A program made the position numbers and the translations under genes. Below the pieces are notes generated by a model. That model saw only the letters and a program-made list of their open reading frames with translations. It had not been told where the DNA came from and did no database searches. A DNA stretch of 64,000 nt, taken from the NCBI RefSeq assembly GCF_023055435.1, contig NW_025964334.1, positions 49,352,001 through 49,416,000 on the forward strand, written 5' to 3'. Shown one piece after another: positions 41,201 to 53,200 of this stretch. The stretch is from Haliotis rufescens. Lineage: Eukaryota. The stretch's first letter is position 1. Each line of letters starts with the position of its first letter.

Positions 41201-44200
41201 ATTAGCAACAAAAATACCCAAGGGCGGTGCTTCAATCTGTACCTTGTTACAAATGAATCACCATCGAATAGCTATTTTTTATTTTATTTATTATTTTTTA
41301 TTTTTAGCCCCCATCAAACATGGGTGTATACTTTCTTTTGCCCAGCTGTTTACAAACCATGTTAATATAAGGTGGCTGCGAACCAGTCTGAGAGAGACTG
41401 AGAGAAATCAATGCCCTTTGTACACAAAGCATTGTTAACCTTCATCAAGGAATGACGGTGCCACGAGCACTCGGTTACCTTTGGGTAACAGATGTCTCAG
41501 ATGTTGATTTCTATGATTCATTTGCCTGAGATCTACCCGCTTCATTTTTTTTATTTGTTGTGTGTGTCTTTTCCTATTTTCTAAGTTCGATCGGGATCAG
41601 TGGGAACTGCGTTCAACACACTGTTAAACATTAACCATTGCCCTAAGTAATCAACACGGAGATCCAATATGTTGATATTTAGTCTCAGCTACTTATACGA
41701 TGAAACAACATCATTTACATCTTCTCGATGCTGTTCAATACACATACCAGTTCGGAGTTCTGCATTTTGATTGATCCTTTAGCTGTGATACATATCCGTC
41801 AGACCATCACGCCGGGGGAAAATATTTCTTTGGAAACAATTCTCTCTTAAACCCGACAACGAGGCCATTCAAATCTGCTTTCACATGTCAAACTTTGCTT
41901 AAGACCCCGCTGAGTCCAAGTCAAGACATGACAAGAGTAGTAAAATATGCCAGACAGAGAACCAAACGAACAACATCTAAGAGAGTGAATTTGTTTCAGT
42001 GTCAACAACACAGCTTGACTGTGACGTCATAATCTATGACGTCAGAACATTATAGTGGTGTGTACTTCAGAACTAAATATTATCACTTCATATTCTCTTG
42101 TGAAGACCCTTTACCTCAGGCTTACCGGGTATCTGCGCCAGGCGATTTTAATTGTCTTTGAAGTGATCTGAGTGTAGCGTAAAATATCGTCATTTGATCA
42201 TTCAATTTAAGTTTGATCATTCATGTTACTGTGAATATTAGACTAATTTCTTATCTCTTCAACTATTACACAAAACACTTTGTGTTGGTTGATTGAAAAA
42301 AAACCTCACCAGCGTTCACACATTTGATAAATGTAATGTTATTCAATTTGAAACTTCACGGTAACACGTTCGGTTTCAAATGAAATTAACATGTGCCAAT
42401 CTCCGTTTGAAACCTCCAAATTAATAACAGAAGGTTTATCTCTCAATTCAGACCTTTGACCAAACGGAACTTCCTAATAGAGTATCTACGTATTTTTTTT
42501 ACTTACAGATAGCGTGCCCATCTACGTCGTTGTAGTATTGGTGCTGTTTGGCGTAATCATCGTCGGCCTCATCGGCACCTTCTTCATCTACAGGTAAGCC
42601 ACCGTGGTTGACAGACAGTATCCCATATAACTTACGATAGCCTACGTTGATACATGGTAACCTGATGATTGTTAGACGATAACTTACAATTGATATTTTG
42701 TGCAAAACAAGGTCTTATTAAAGAGCAAAGTTTGTTTTGTTCTGACCACCGTCTGCAATGGATCTCCATTTGACCAGACTCCGCAGGAACCACCACTAAC
42801 TCTCCCTGTCCGGATGGTCCCGTGAAGATTCCGGGTTAGAATTGGTCCTCAGCAACCCATGTTTGTATGAGGCGACTGGGTGTTCAGGCTCGCTGACTTG
42901 GTTGATGCATGTCATCGTATCCCAATTGCATAGATCGATGCTCGTGATGTCAATCACTTGATTGTCTGGTCCAGTCTTGATTATTTACAGACCACCGTCA
43001 TATAGCTGGAATATTTTTGGGTGCGGTGTTAAACAAACAAATAAACAACTAACAAACAAACAATCCCTGCCCGAGTGAAAATAGCTTTGAACGTCTTCAT
43101 GATTCAAAGGGATGATCCCTACTCATAATTAGTTTATACACACATCGGTTCATTAGGTACATTATGTGTAAGAATGTTAAAATGCTAAAAATGTACTGAC
43201 AGGATACGCTTACCTTTTCGCAGACACATGGTAGCATCACTAATTGATAGTTATTAATAGACACATGGTCCTGATCTAGTCGAAATCGTTCATTGGATTA
43301 GGCGTTTGACGATTCAGGATGTATTGTAATCATAACATTAAGTTTTGAATCCTGGTTGAGTGAGTGAGTTAGTTTGGTTCAAGGCGGCTTTGAACAATAT
43401 TTCAGTTACACCACGGCGTGTTAGATTGGAGTAGGAGGGTAAACCCAAACTTAAAAGGGTTTTAGACATTTCCACATTGATGAAACCCGCAAGCACGGGT
43501 ATGGTGCTGACAAACCTATAAACATAATCAGGGCAAATCTGGGATTCGGTCACTATAGTTGTTTTCTGGCACGCCTATGGTACTCCGCACAGCGAATTGG
43601 GACGCTCTAAACCAGGGGGCGTGCCTTCAGTACCCGTCCCCTCCCACAATTTATCTTGTCATGTGTAATTTTATATATCATATGTAATAAGATGAAAAAG
43701 ATTTTACAGAATGCCACAGTTAATCAGTTTCTATTCTAAACATGATAAAAATAATAATCGGACTCGTAAATAGTCTTCCGTCTACAACATTCGCCATAAA
43801 CGTCCATGTGACGTCAGCCGGTGATGTCCTGAAATAAACATAATTAAAAATCGCCAATTAACCATAAACATAAAGAAACAGAACGAAGTTGCCAACTAAT
43901 GAGATTTACTTCGTTTGCAAAGCTGATAAACCTAATTATTGTGCTAGATTTGTCTTTGAGTTATATATATATATACGACTGATGTTCGTTAAATTATCTC
44001 CAGACATGAGTATAAAATATGTCTGGTAGATATAGGTTGTTTGAGTGACTGGAGAGTGTCTGCATCGCATGCGATATAGAAAGACAGAACTACTTCTGAT
44101 GTATTCAGACATTTGCTGTCATTTTGTTATTCCCGATGAAAAAAATAGACATTGTTTTCTTTTGCTATAAACTTATCATTACTGAGGGACTCTAGAAGTG

Positions 44201-47200
44201 ACATCGGCGCAATGATGTCCCTTATAGGTTTCCATAATATAAAATCATGACTCCATAAGAAATTAGAATTGATCATGGATATCATGATATGGATCTTGTT
44301 GAAACGATTGCATGCTGTCGGTGCAATGTCATATCACGGATGAACTCATATCTTACCTTATAGCCTCCGTAGAAATCTTGCGATGGTGTAGGTCGACATT
44401 ATCTCATGCTTGACGAACGAGTCGACTGATTGTGAGGTAACAAAGGATGATCTGGCTGATTGTGTGGTAACAAAGGATGATCTGGCTGATTGTGTGGTAA
44501 CAATGCATGACCTGGAGGGTTGTGAAGAAACAATGGATAACCTGGCTGATTGATGGTAACAATGCATGATCTGGCTAATTGTTTGGTAACAATGCATGAC
44601 CTGGCTGATTGTTTGGTAACGATGCATGACCAGGATGATTGTGTGGTAACAATGCATGATCTGGCTTATTGTTTGGTAACAATGCATGACCTGGCTGATT
44701 GTTTGGTAACGATGCATGACCAGGATGATTGTGTGGTAACAATGCATGATCTTGCTAAATGTTTGGTAACAATGCATGACCTGGCTGATTGTTTGGTAAC
44801 GATGCATGACCAGGATGATTGTGTGGTAACAATGCATGATCTTGCTAATTGTTTGGTAACAATGCATGACCTGGCTAATTGTTTGGTAACAATGCATGAC
44901 CTGGCTGATTGTTTGGTAACGATGCATGACCAGGATGATTGTGTGGTAACAATGCATGATCTTGCTAATTGTTTGGTAACAATGCATGACCTGGCTGATT
45001 GTTTGGTAACGATGCATGACCAGGATGATTGTGTGGAAACAATGGATGACCTGGATGATTGTGTGGTAACAATGCATGACCTGGTTGATTGTGTGGTAAC
45101 AATGCATGACCAAGCTCATTGTGTCGTATCAATGCATGACCTGGTTGATTATGTGGTAACAATGCGCGACCAAGATGATTGAATGGTAACAATGAATTAT
45201 TTGGCTGATTGTGTGGTAACAATGTATGACCAGGATGATTATGTGGTAACAATACAATACCTGGCTGATCGTGTGGTAACAATGCATGACCAGGATGAGT
45301 GTATGATAACAATGCATGATCTGACTGATTGTGTAGTAATAATGAACGACCTGGTTGATTGTGTGGTAACAATGCATGACCAGGATGATTGTATTCTAAC
45401 AATGGATGACCTGGCTGATTGTGTGGTAACAATACATGATCTGGCTGATTGTGTGGTAACAATGTATGGCCTGGTCCATTGTGTAGAAACAACGGATGAC
45501 CTGGCTGATTGTGTAAAAACAATGGATGATCTGGATGATTGTGTAGTAACAATGCATGACCTGGATGATTGTGTGGTAACAATACATGATCTGGCTGATT
45601 GTGTGGTAACAATGCATGGTTTGGACCATGGTGTAGAAACAATGGATGACCTGGCTGATTGTGTGGTAAAAATGCATGACCAGTATGGTTGTGTAGAAAC
45701 AATGCATGACCAGAATGCTTGTGTGGTAACAATGCATGACCTGGCTGAATGTGTGGTAACAATGCATGACCTGGATGATTGTGTGGTAAAAATGCATGAC
45801 CAGTATGGTTGTGTAGAAACAATGCATGACCAGAATGCTTGTGTGGTAACAATGCATGACCTGGCTGAGTGTGTAGCAACAATGCATGACCTGGATGATT
45901 GTGTGGTAAAAATGCATGACCAGTATGGTTGTGTAGAAACAATGCATGACCAGAATGCTTGTGTGGTAACAATGCATGACCTGGCTGAGTGTGTAGTAAC
46001 AATGGTTGACCATGATGACCTGTGGAAAAAACGGAATCACTTTGGGACCACTTTATCAGAAGATCATTTGAAAGATGTTCATTTTACAAATTTTTGTCGT
46101 TAATAAGAAGCGTGATTCACTTAATTAAACAAAACACGTATTGTCCACGAATGCGTTCAGACGTTTGCAAGCTACGATATATCATATTGCCTCCCAGCCA
46201 CGCCCAGGCTGTGTGGAAGCAACGTGACTCGATCATGTTTTCCCATCAAATTCACGGCAAACATTGTCATTAATTATTGGAATATACTACTATTGTCCCA
46301 AATACAATTATTGGTCGTATTATCGTATGTCGTTGTGATCGAAAGATGGGTCACTATAACGAATGGCTAATGATGCGCAATGTTTTGCTTTGCGAAATGG
46401 TGTGTTATTAAGAGCCACTCTAAGGTGGACTATTAACTTTGGCATGTATTCTCAATACCGTGAAGCACTTCGGTCAATATGCAAATATTGAATATTTGTG
46501 ACATTTTCATGCTATTGGAGATATACTTTTGTTTGATGATAGTGTCGGACACAGTGTACAAACATTTATAAACGATAGCAGTTTATATTTGGGAGGGCTA
46601 ATTGCAGTCACATGAATATAGGGCCTAATTTTCCACAATTATACGTCAAATGTATTGGCAGGCGTAACAGTGTTGTGGCGTATGATATTTATCATACATA
46701 TTTATCCTTTTTTTTTTATCAATTTACGGACGTTCAGCTGAGTTACGCAAAAAAGCAGTATCGAGATTTATGATGTTAACCAATTCAAACAATGGCAAAT
46801 AATAACGATACCAGGTGTTCGCGAAAAGAGTAGCGTATCCTGCCCCACTTGTGGCACCCGTCACAAACACATGTAAAGGCAAGTCAATTGTTCATCTGAA
46901 AAATAGGGAATTGCATGAGACATTTCTTTTGTCAGTGATGCGTCAAATCGTCCAACACGTCTACTATAAAACTAAAATACTATTTAAGGCGATATTCTCT
47001 TACCCATTACATTTGACCATAGCTGCATTGGCTGTCTCAGTGATAGTGACGTCTTGAAATACCATTGATGTTCTGTTTTCTAAACATGAGCAGATTAGAT
47101 GAATTAGGTGAATTTTGTAAAGCCAATAATAAGTTAAAAAAAGAAACTCCAGATTTTACTTACAGTGGTTGGGTGTGTCTCCTCGAGTTAAGTGGATGTC

Positions 47201-50200
47201 ATGGAGCTTTTTCAGTCTTCAACAAGTGATTAAATTCCACACTACAACGCTAATTGTCTCTACCATGTCGTCAAAAGATAACATTAAATTTATCGAGTAA
47301 TAAAATTTCACTGTTACTTAAGCTGATAGCGCAGCGCGTTGCAACACAGAACCGTTCTAGTTGTTTATAGATAATCAACCTTAATTAACGCAGCGCAGCG
47401 ACAGCGCGACGTCTGTAATATTTTTTAATCAAAGAAAAAAGCCATTTGCACTGCTTGCTGCCCGGATGCTTTTTATGATGTCATTTTCGGATGAAAATAA
47501 AACACATGGTCAGACAAATACAGACTTTATTCAAGAAAAGAAATCGATGTTAAAATCACAAATAAACAAAGAATGACTGCTTCTTGAAGTACAGACATCC
47601 GTGTCTGTATGCCAGTGACGCCGAAATGACAAATAATTCTTAGACATCCTGAGTTATTGGGTGAAGCGAGTGCTCTCTAGGTCGGGTTCTTTCACAAGAC
47701 GATAGCATTCTCCATATTGCATCCTTCTCTGTAGGATATTGTGCCTCCAAAACACTCTCTCTTTTTGCGGTTGTATTTGTCTCAGGTATAGGTACATATG
47801 TACCAACGTTTCTTTTCCACGGTCAATATCTTCTCCCACAAATTGGTTGTCAAGGTTTCCCTCATAATAGTAGAGGCATCTCCTAACATAGGAATCAATT
47901 AGTTATTTTCTTTAATTAATATTAAATCATTTTGCACATTTGAGATCTGGAAAATTACGTCTATTCAAGTGATATCTTATGTTTTATATTTCTTTAACAA
48001 ATTTCGCCTTTATCAGATAATCGGCAAGTTAGCTGCATTGAAGCGCTGCCCAAATGTTTTGTTAAAATACAAGGCACTTACGCACGTCACTGCGCAGCTC
48101 TGTCACAGCGCTGGTTTAGTGTAGATTCTCAATTTACAGACATGTGTAATTGGTCATAATTGAAACCAATCTGGGATCATTACGCGTCAGACCACCCGTA
48201 CCCTCCTCGTTTAAAAATAAAAAATATATACAAAAATAAAATCGAATCCGCATTATTGAGATTTACGCCAATGTTGAAATAAATAACTGAAATACTGTTC
48301 AAGGCGGCGTCGAACCCATCTCACTAACTCATTTCAATAAAAATGTTTGTTTGTTGTTTAACGCCGCACTCAGCAATATTCCAGCTATATGACGGCTGTC
48401 TGTAAGTAATCGCGTCTGGACCAGACAATCCCGTGATTGACAACATGAGCATCGATCCACGCAATTGGGATACGATGACATGCATCAACCAAATCAGCGA
48501 GTCTGACCACCCGATCCCGTTAGTCGCCTCTTACGACAAGCATAGTCGCCTTTCACGGCAAGCATTGGATGTTGAAGACCCATTCAACCCCGGATCTTCA
48601 CGGGCCTCGATAAAAATGCTGTGATTTGATGACATTATTTATTATCCAAAGACGGGTGCGATGGGAACGTGATCTGAAGGACATGTCATGGCGCGTCAGC
48701 CTCAGCGACATCATATTCCGCAGCAAGGCCAACGACAGCCAGCGTTTCAGCAAGACCTCAATCGTAAGTTTATTATCACCAAATAAACCTGTTAAACTCC
48801 GTCCTTTATCACCCAAACAACTGTGAAACCCCATTCTTTATCATCCAAACAACAGTGAAACCCTGTTCTTTATCGCCAGAAACACAATGAAACCCTGTGT
48901 TTATCGCTAGAAACACAGCGAAGCCCAGTTCTTTATCGCTAGTAACACAATGAAACCCTGTGCTTTATCGCTAGAAACACAGAGAAACCCTATGTTTATC
49001 GCTAGAAACACAGCGAAGCCCCGTTCTTTATCGACAGTAACACAATGAAACCTGTTCTTTATCGCTAGAAACACAATGAAACCCTGTGTTTATCGCTAGA
49101 AACACAGCGAAGCCCCGTTCTTTATCGACAGTAACACAATGAAACCTGTTCTTTATCGCTAGAAACACAATGAAACCCTGTGTTTATCGCTAGAAACACA
49201 GCGAAGCCCCGTTCTTTATCGACAGTAACACAATGAAACCTGTTCTTTATCGACAGTAACACAATGAAACCTGTTCTTTATCGCTAGAAACACAGGGAAA
49301 CCCTGTTCTTCATCGCCAGAAACACAGCGAAGCCCCGTTCTTTATCGCTAGTAACACAATGAAACCTGTTCTTTATCGCTAGAAACACAGCGAAGCCCCG
49401 TTCTTTATCGCTAGTAACACAATGAAACCTGTTCTTTATCACTAGAAACACAGCGAAGCCCTGTTCTTCATCGCCAGAAACACAGTACAGTCAATGTGTA
49501 AACTGACTGAAATTTTCACGTAGGCAATTTCCCAAAACGCAAAAATATTCCAGTTGTGTCACTATTATTTTTCTCTTTCTAATATCAGGATAACGAGTTT
49601 CAAAGATGTGCCTCACTACGCCACCAACCAATCTCATTAAAATCAGACCTTAGTTCTCGCTACCGCTAAACAAAGATCTAAAGACATCACATTAGGGGTC
49701 ACGTCAGAACGACCTTTCCTCCGACCAATCAGAGCGTCGCTTTCCAGATTATGAAAGTGACAGTCGCAATGTGATTTCTAATCATGCAACCTCGAAAACT
49801 TTAAAACGGGATATTCCGAACGACAGTTACGGGTTTAACGACTGAATCCATACACTCTAGACCATCTATTAGCCATTCCAGAATGTTTTTTTTGTTCAGG
49901 TTTCAAATTTGTAATCGAGAATTTGTCAAAATATGTTTCGAAGCGTAGTCGCCAATTTGAAATTAGTGCCGTAAAGCACGAGAAAGATGCCTTCTGATTG
50001 GTATTTTCCATTGGTCGGTCAAAGTTCGCGCAAGGTCGGTCTGACGTGACCCGTAATGGCATGTCCTCAGATCTTTGTTTAGCCGTAGCGAGAACTAAGA
50101 TCTGATTTTAATGAGATTAGCCACCAACAGATTGAAAAGATATAATTAAAAGAAATCGAAAGTCATTGTATAATTTTAATCCTAGCATAATTAGTCCGAT

Positions 50201-53200
50201 GTGATGTTTTTACGACCTTTAGAACTTCTTCATAACTTTTAGTTAATCTGACGGGAAAATAATTGTAAATTGACTGAAATATTTTGGCATCTTGTAAATT
50301 ACCAAAGTGTAAATTTCAGTCATTTTACACATTGACTGATTTTACATATTGACTGTAAGAAATACATGCACTAACTTCTTAAATATACATCCATGACTGC
50401 AGCAGCTATTTTTGTTATTATTACGATGATAAGCGTATATATGTCGTTAGTAATATGATAATCATGCAAATATTATTTGTCTTTGTTTTGACGAAATTCG
50501 TATTGCAGAGATATGATGTGCTGTAAAATCAATTGTATGCACAAATATCATATGTCGTTATTACAATAACTTGTTGAAAGTTATTTTTAACATCCACCCC
50601 ATCCCCCATTACCCACGGCATCCCCCATCACTACACATTGTGTTACCTGTTTATTGCTAGGCCTGGTTGGGGGACAACAGCGGCAACAATAGTGACGACG
50701 TGGGTGAGCAGTGCTTCGCCAAGATTGGAGTATATAAGGTGAGAATACGGGAGTTGCATAAACGGTGAGAATATGGTCGGAGTATATAAGATGAGGCCAA
50801 AATAGCTATATATGAGGTGAGGCTATTGTAGGAATATATTATTAGTTATGGTGTCTTTAGTTGCCGTATACGGTGTCATATTAAGTTAGCCGAAAAATAT
50901 TGGGCGAGGCTTCAGCAGAGCCCAATATTTTTCTGCTGACCTAATATGACACCGTATACGGCAACTAAAGACGCCATAACGAATTTATTATGCCGAAAAG
51001 TTTACACTTTCTGGTGTCAATATCGCACATTTTGAATTTTATCAGAGATCTCATCGGTGCTACTAACAAAGCGTTTGACAGCCATTGCTGATGTCAAAGG
51101 GAGACAACTCTTCAAACCTTAGAGGCCAAACCGTGTTGAAAATTTTAGGTATAATCTATATCAATAATGTCACGAATTTGATCTAAAAAACAGATTAATG
51201 TCCTTGCACATCACAATTAATGATAGTAAAACACAAAACAGTGTCAAATAACGAATATCGGTACCAGCATTTCCGTGTGAAATATGTGAGGTGGGTGTAG
51301 GAAAATATAGGTGTTACTGACGGTATACGGTCTCATATTAGGTCAGTGTCAACCATCTTGGATTTTTACTGATGGTATACGGGCTCATGTGGGGTCAGTA
51401 GTTCTGCTCTCTGATTGGTCAATCTCACTTTGAGGCCTAATAAAAGGTGAGAATATGGTCGAAGTATATAATGTGAGAGAATACGGTAGGAGTAGATGAG
51501 GTGAGAATATGGTCTGAGTATATAAGGTTAGGCTATGGTAGGAGTATATAAGGTGAGAATGTGGTAGGAGTATATGAGGAGAGAATATGGTAGGAGTATA
51601 TAAAGTGAGAATATGGTCGGAGTATATAAGGTGAGGCTATGGTATGAGTATATAAGGTGATAATATGGTCGGAGTATATAAGGTGAGGCTATGGTATGAG
51701 TATATAAGGTGATAATATGGTCGGAGTATATAAGGTGAGGCCATAATGGGAGAATAGAAGGCGAGTCTAATAGGACTATACAAGATGAGGCGATGATATA
51801 GATATACACTATGAGGTTATCGTAGAAACATACATGGTGATGCTTTTTTGGAATATATACGGTGAACCTATGGCAGGGGCATACAAAATGATGACGCTAA
51901 AGGAAAATACACTATGGGAAGTGGCAGGGATGAACGAAGTCTTTTTGACATTTTTGATATACAAAGTTGGATTAAGGCACGGATTTACAAGATGAGGTTG
52001 TGACATGGATATACAAAGTTAGGATAATGCACGCATTTACAAGACGAGGTTGTGATATGCATTACTAGGTTAGGATAAATCACTCATTTACAAAACAGGA
52101 TTGTGACATGGATATACAGGGTCAGAATAAGGCACGGATTTACAAGCTGAGGTTGTGATATGGATTTACAAAGTTAGGATAATGCACACATTTACAAGAC
52201 GAGGTGACATCGATATACAAAGTTCGGATAATGCACCGGTTTACAAGATAAGGTTGTGCTATGGATATACAACGTTAAGATAAAGCAAGGATTTACAATA
52301 TGAGTATGATCTTATTGTTACTGTGATGTTGACATGTACACGTATGCCTATTGTAAGCAGACAACAACCAGTTGCGTCATTCTAGCACGCATTAGGAATA
52401 CCGTTATTCCCTTGGCATTTTGATAAATTGATATTTTATATAATTATTTTTGACAGGTAGACGTTTTCTTGCTTCTAATATTTATAATCAGATATTCACG
52501 TTTTAAATAATTTCATAAACACCCATATATCCCTGACGAAACTGACTTTATTTGATACACCAGGGCGAAACTGTTGCTGTGAAGAAAGTTGAGTGTGACA
52601 AGATTGACCTCACCAGGAACGTGTTGATGGAGTTCAAGCAGGTGACGTTGTCCCCCAAAACAATGCGATATGTATTAGGCCTTATATTTTTATAGATGGT
52701 TTAGGAAAGTCAAAACATAATGAAATTAGAAAAAAAATCCACGAGATTGTATCGTAAGAAATGTTAAACAATATGTATACACAACTTCATTTTAAGAAAC
52801 AAAACAATATTAATCATCTTTCAGTATCTTCGCCTGTTAAAACTTGTTTGTTTTTCATTCATTAGTAGAGTAGTAATCTGGAGGTTGAATAGTTACAATT
52901 TCTATTTCGACCACCTACAAGGTCTTATCTGTGAACGACATAAGTATTCACATATTTCCTACCTCTCCTGATGGGTCAACGGGTAGGGATATGTACATTT
53001 TTACCTGTAACCTGTTTCCTTCCATTATTGTCAGGTGCGAGATTTGCAACACGAGAACTTGACGAGATTTGTGGGAGCAGTTATTGAGCCCAGCAAAAAC
53101 TACCTCCTGACGGAGTACTGTAACAAAGGCAGCCTGCAGGTACTTCATTCGGCACTACTCGCCAATTCCCGTAACCTGCAAGAAGACTTTCCCTTCTTCA

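Noticed and set aside
44358-46103. Long His-rich and Cys/Asp-rich ORFs (up to 345 aa) on both strands
   Set aside because: They are translations of a 30-bp minisatellite that is open in several frames at once. There is no non-repeat coding flank or splice context.
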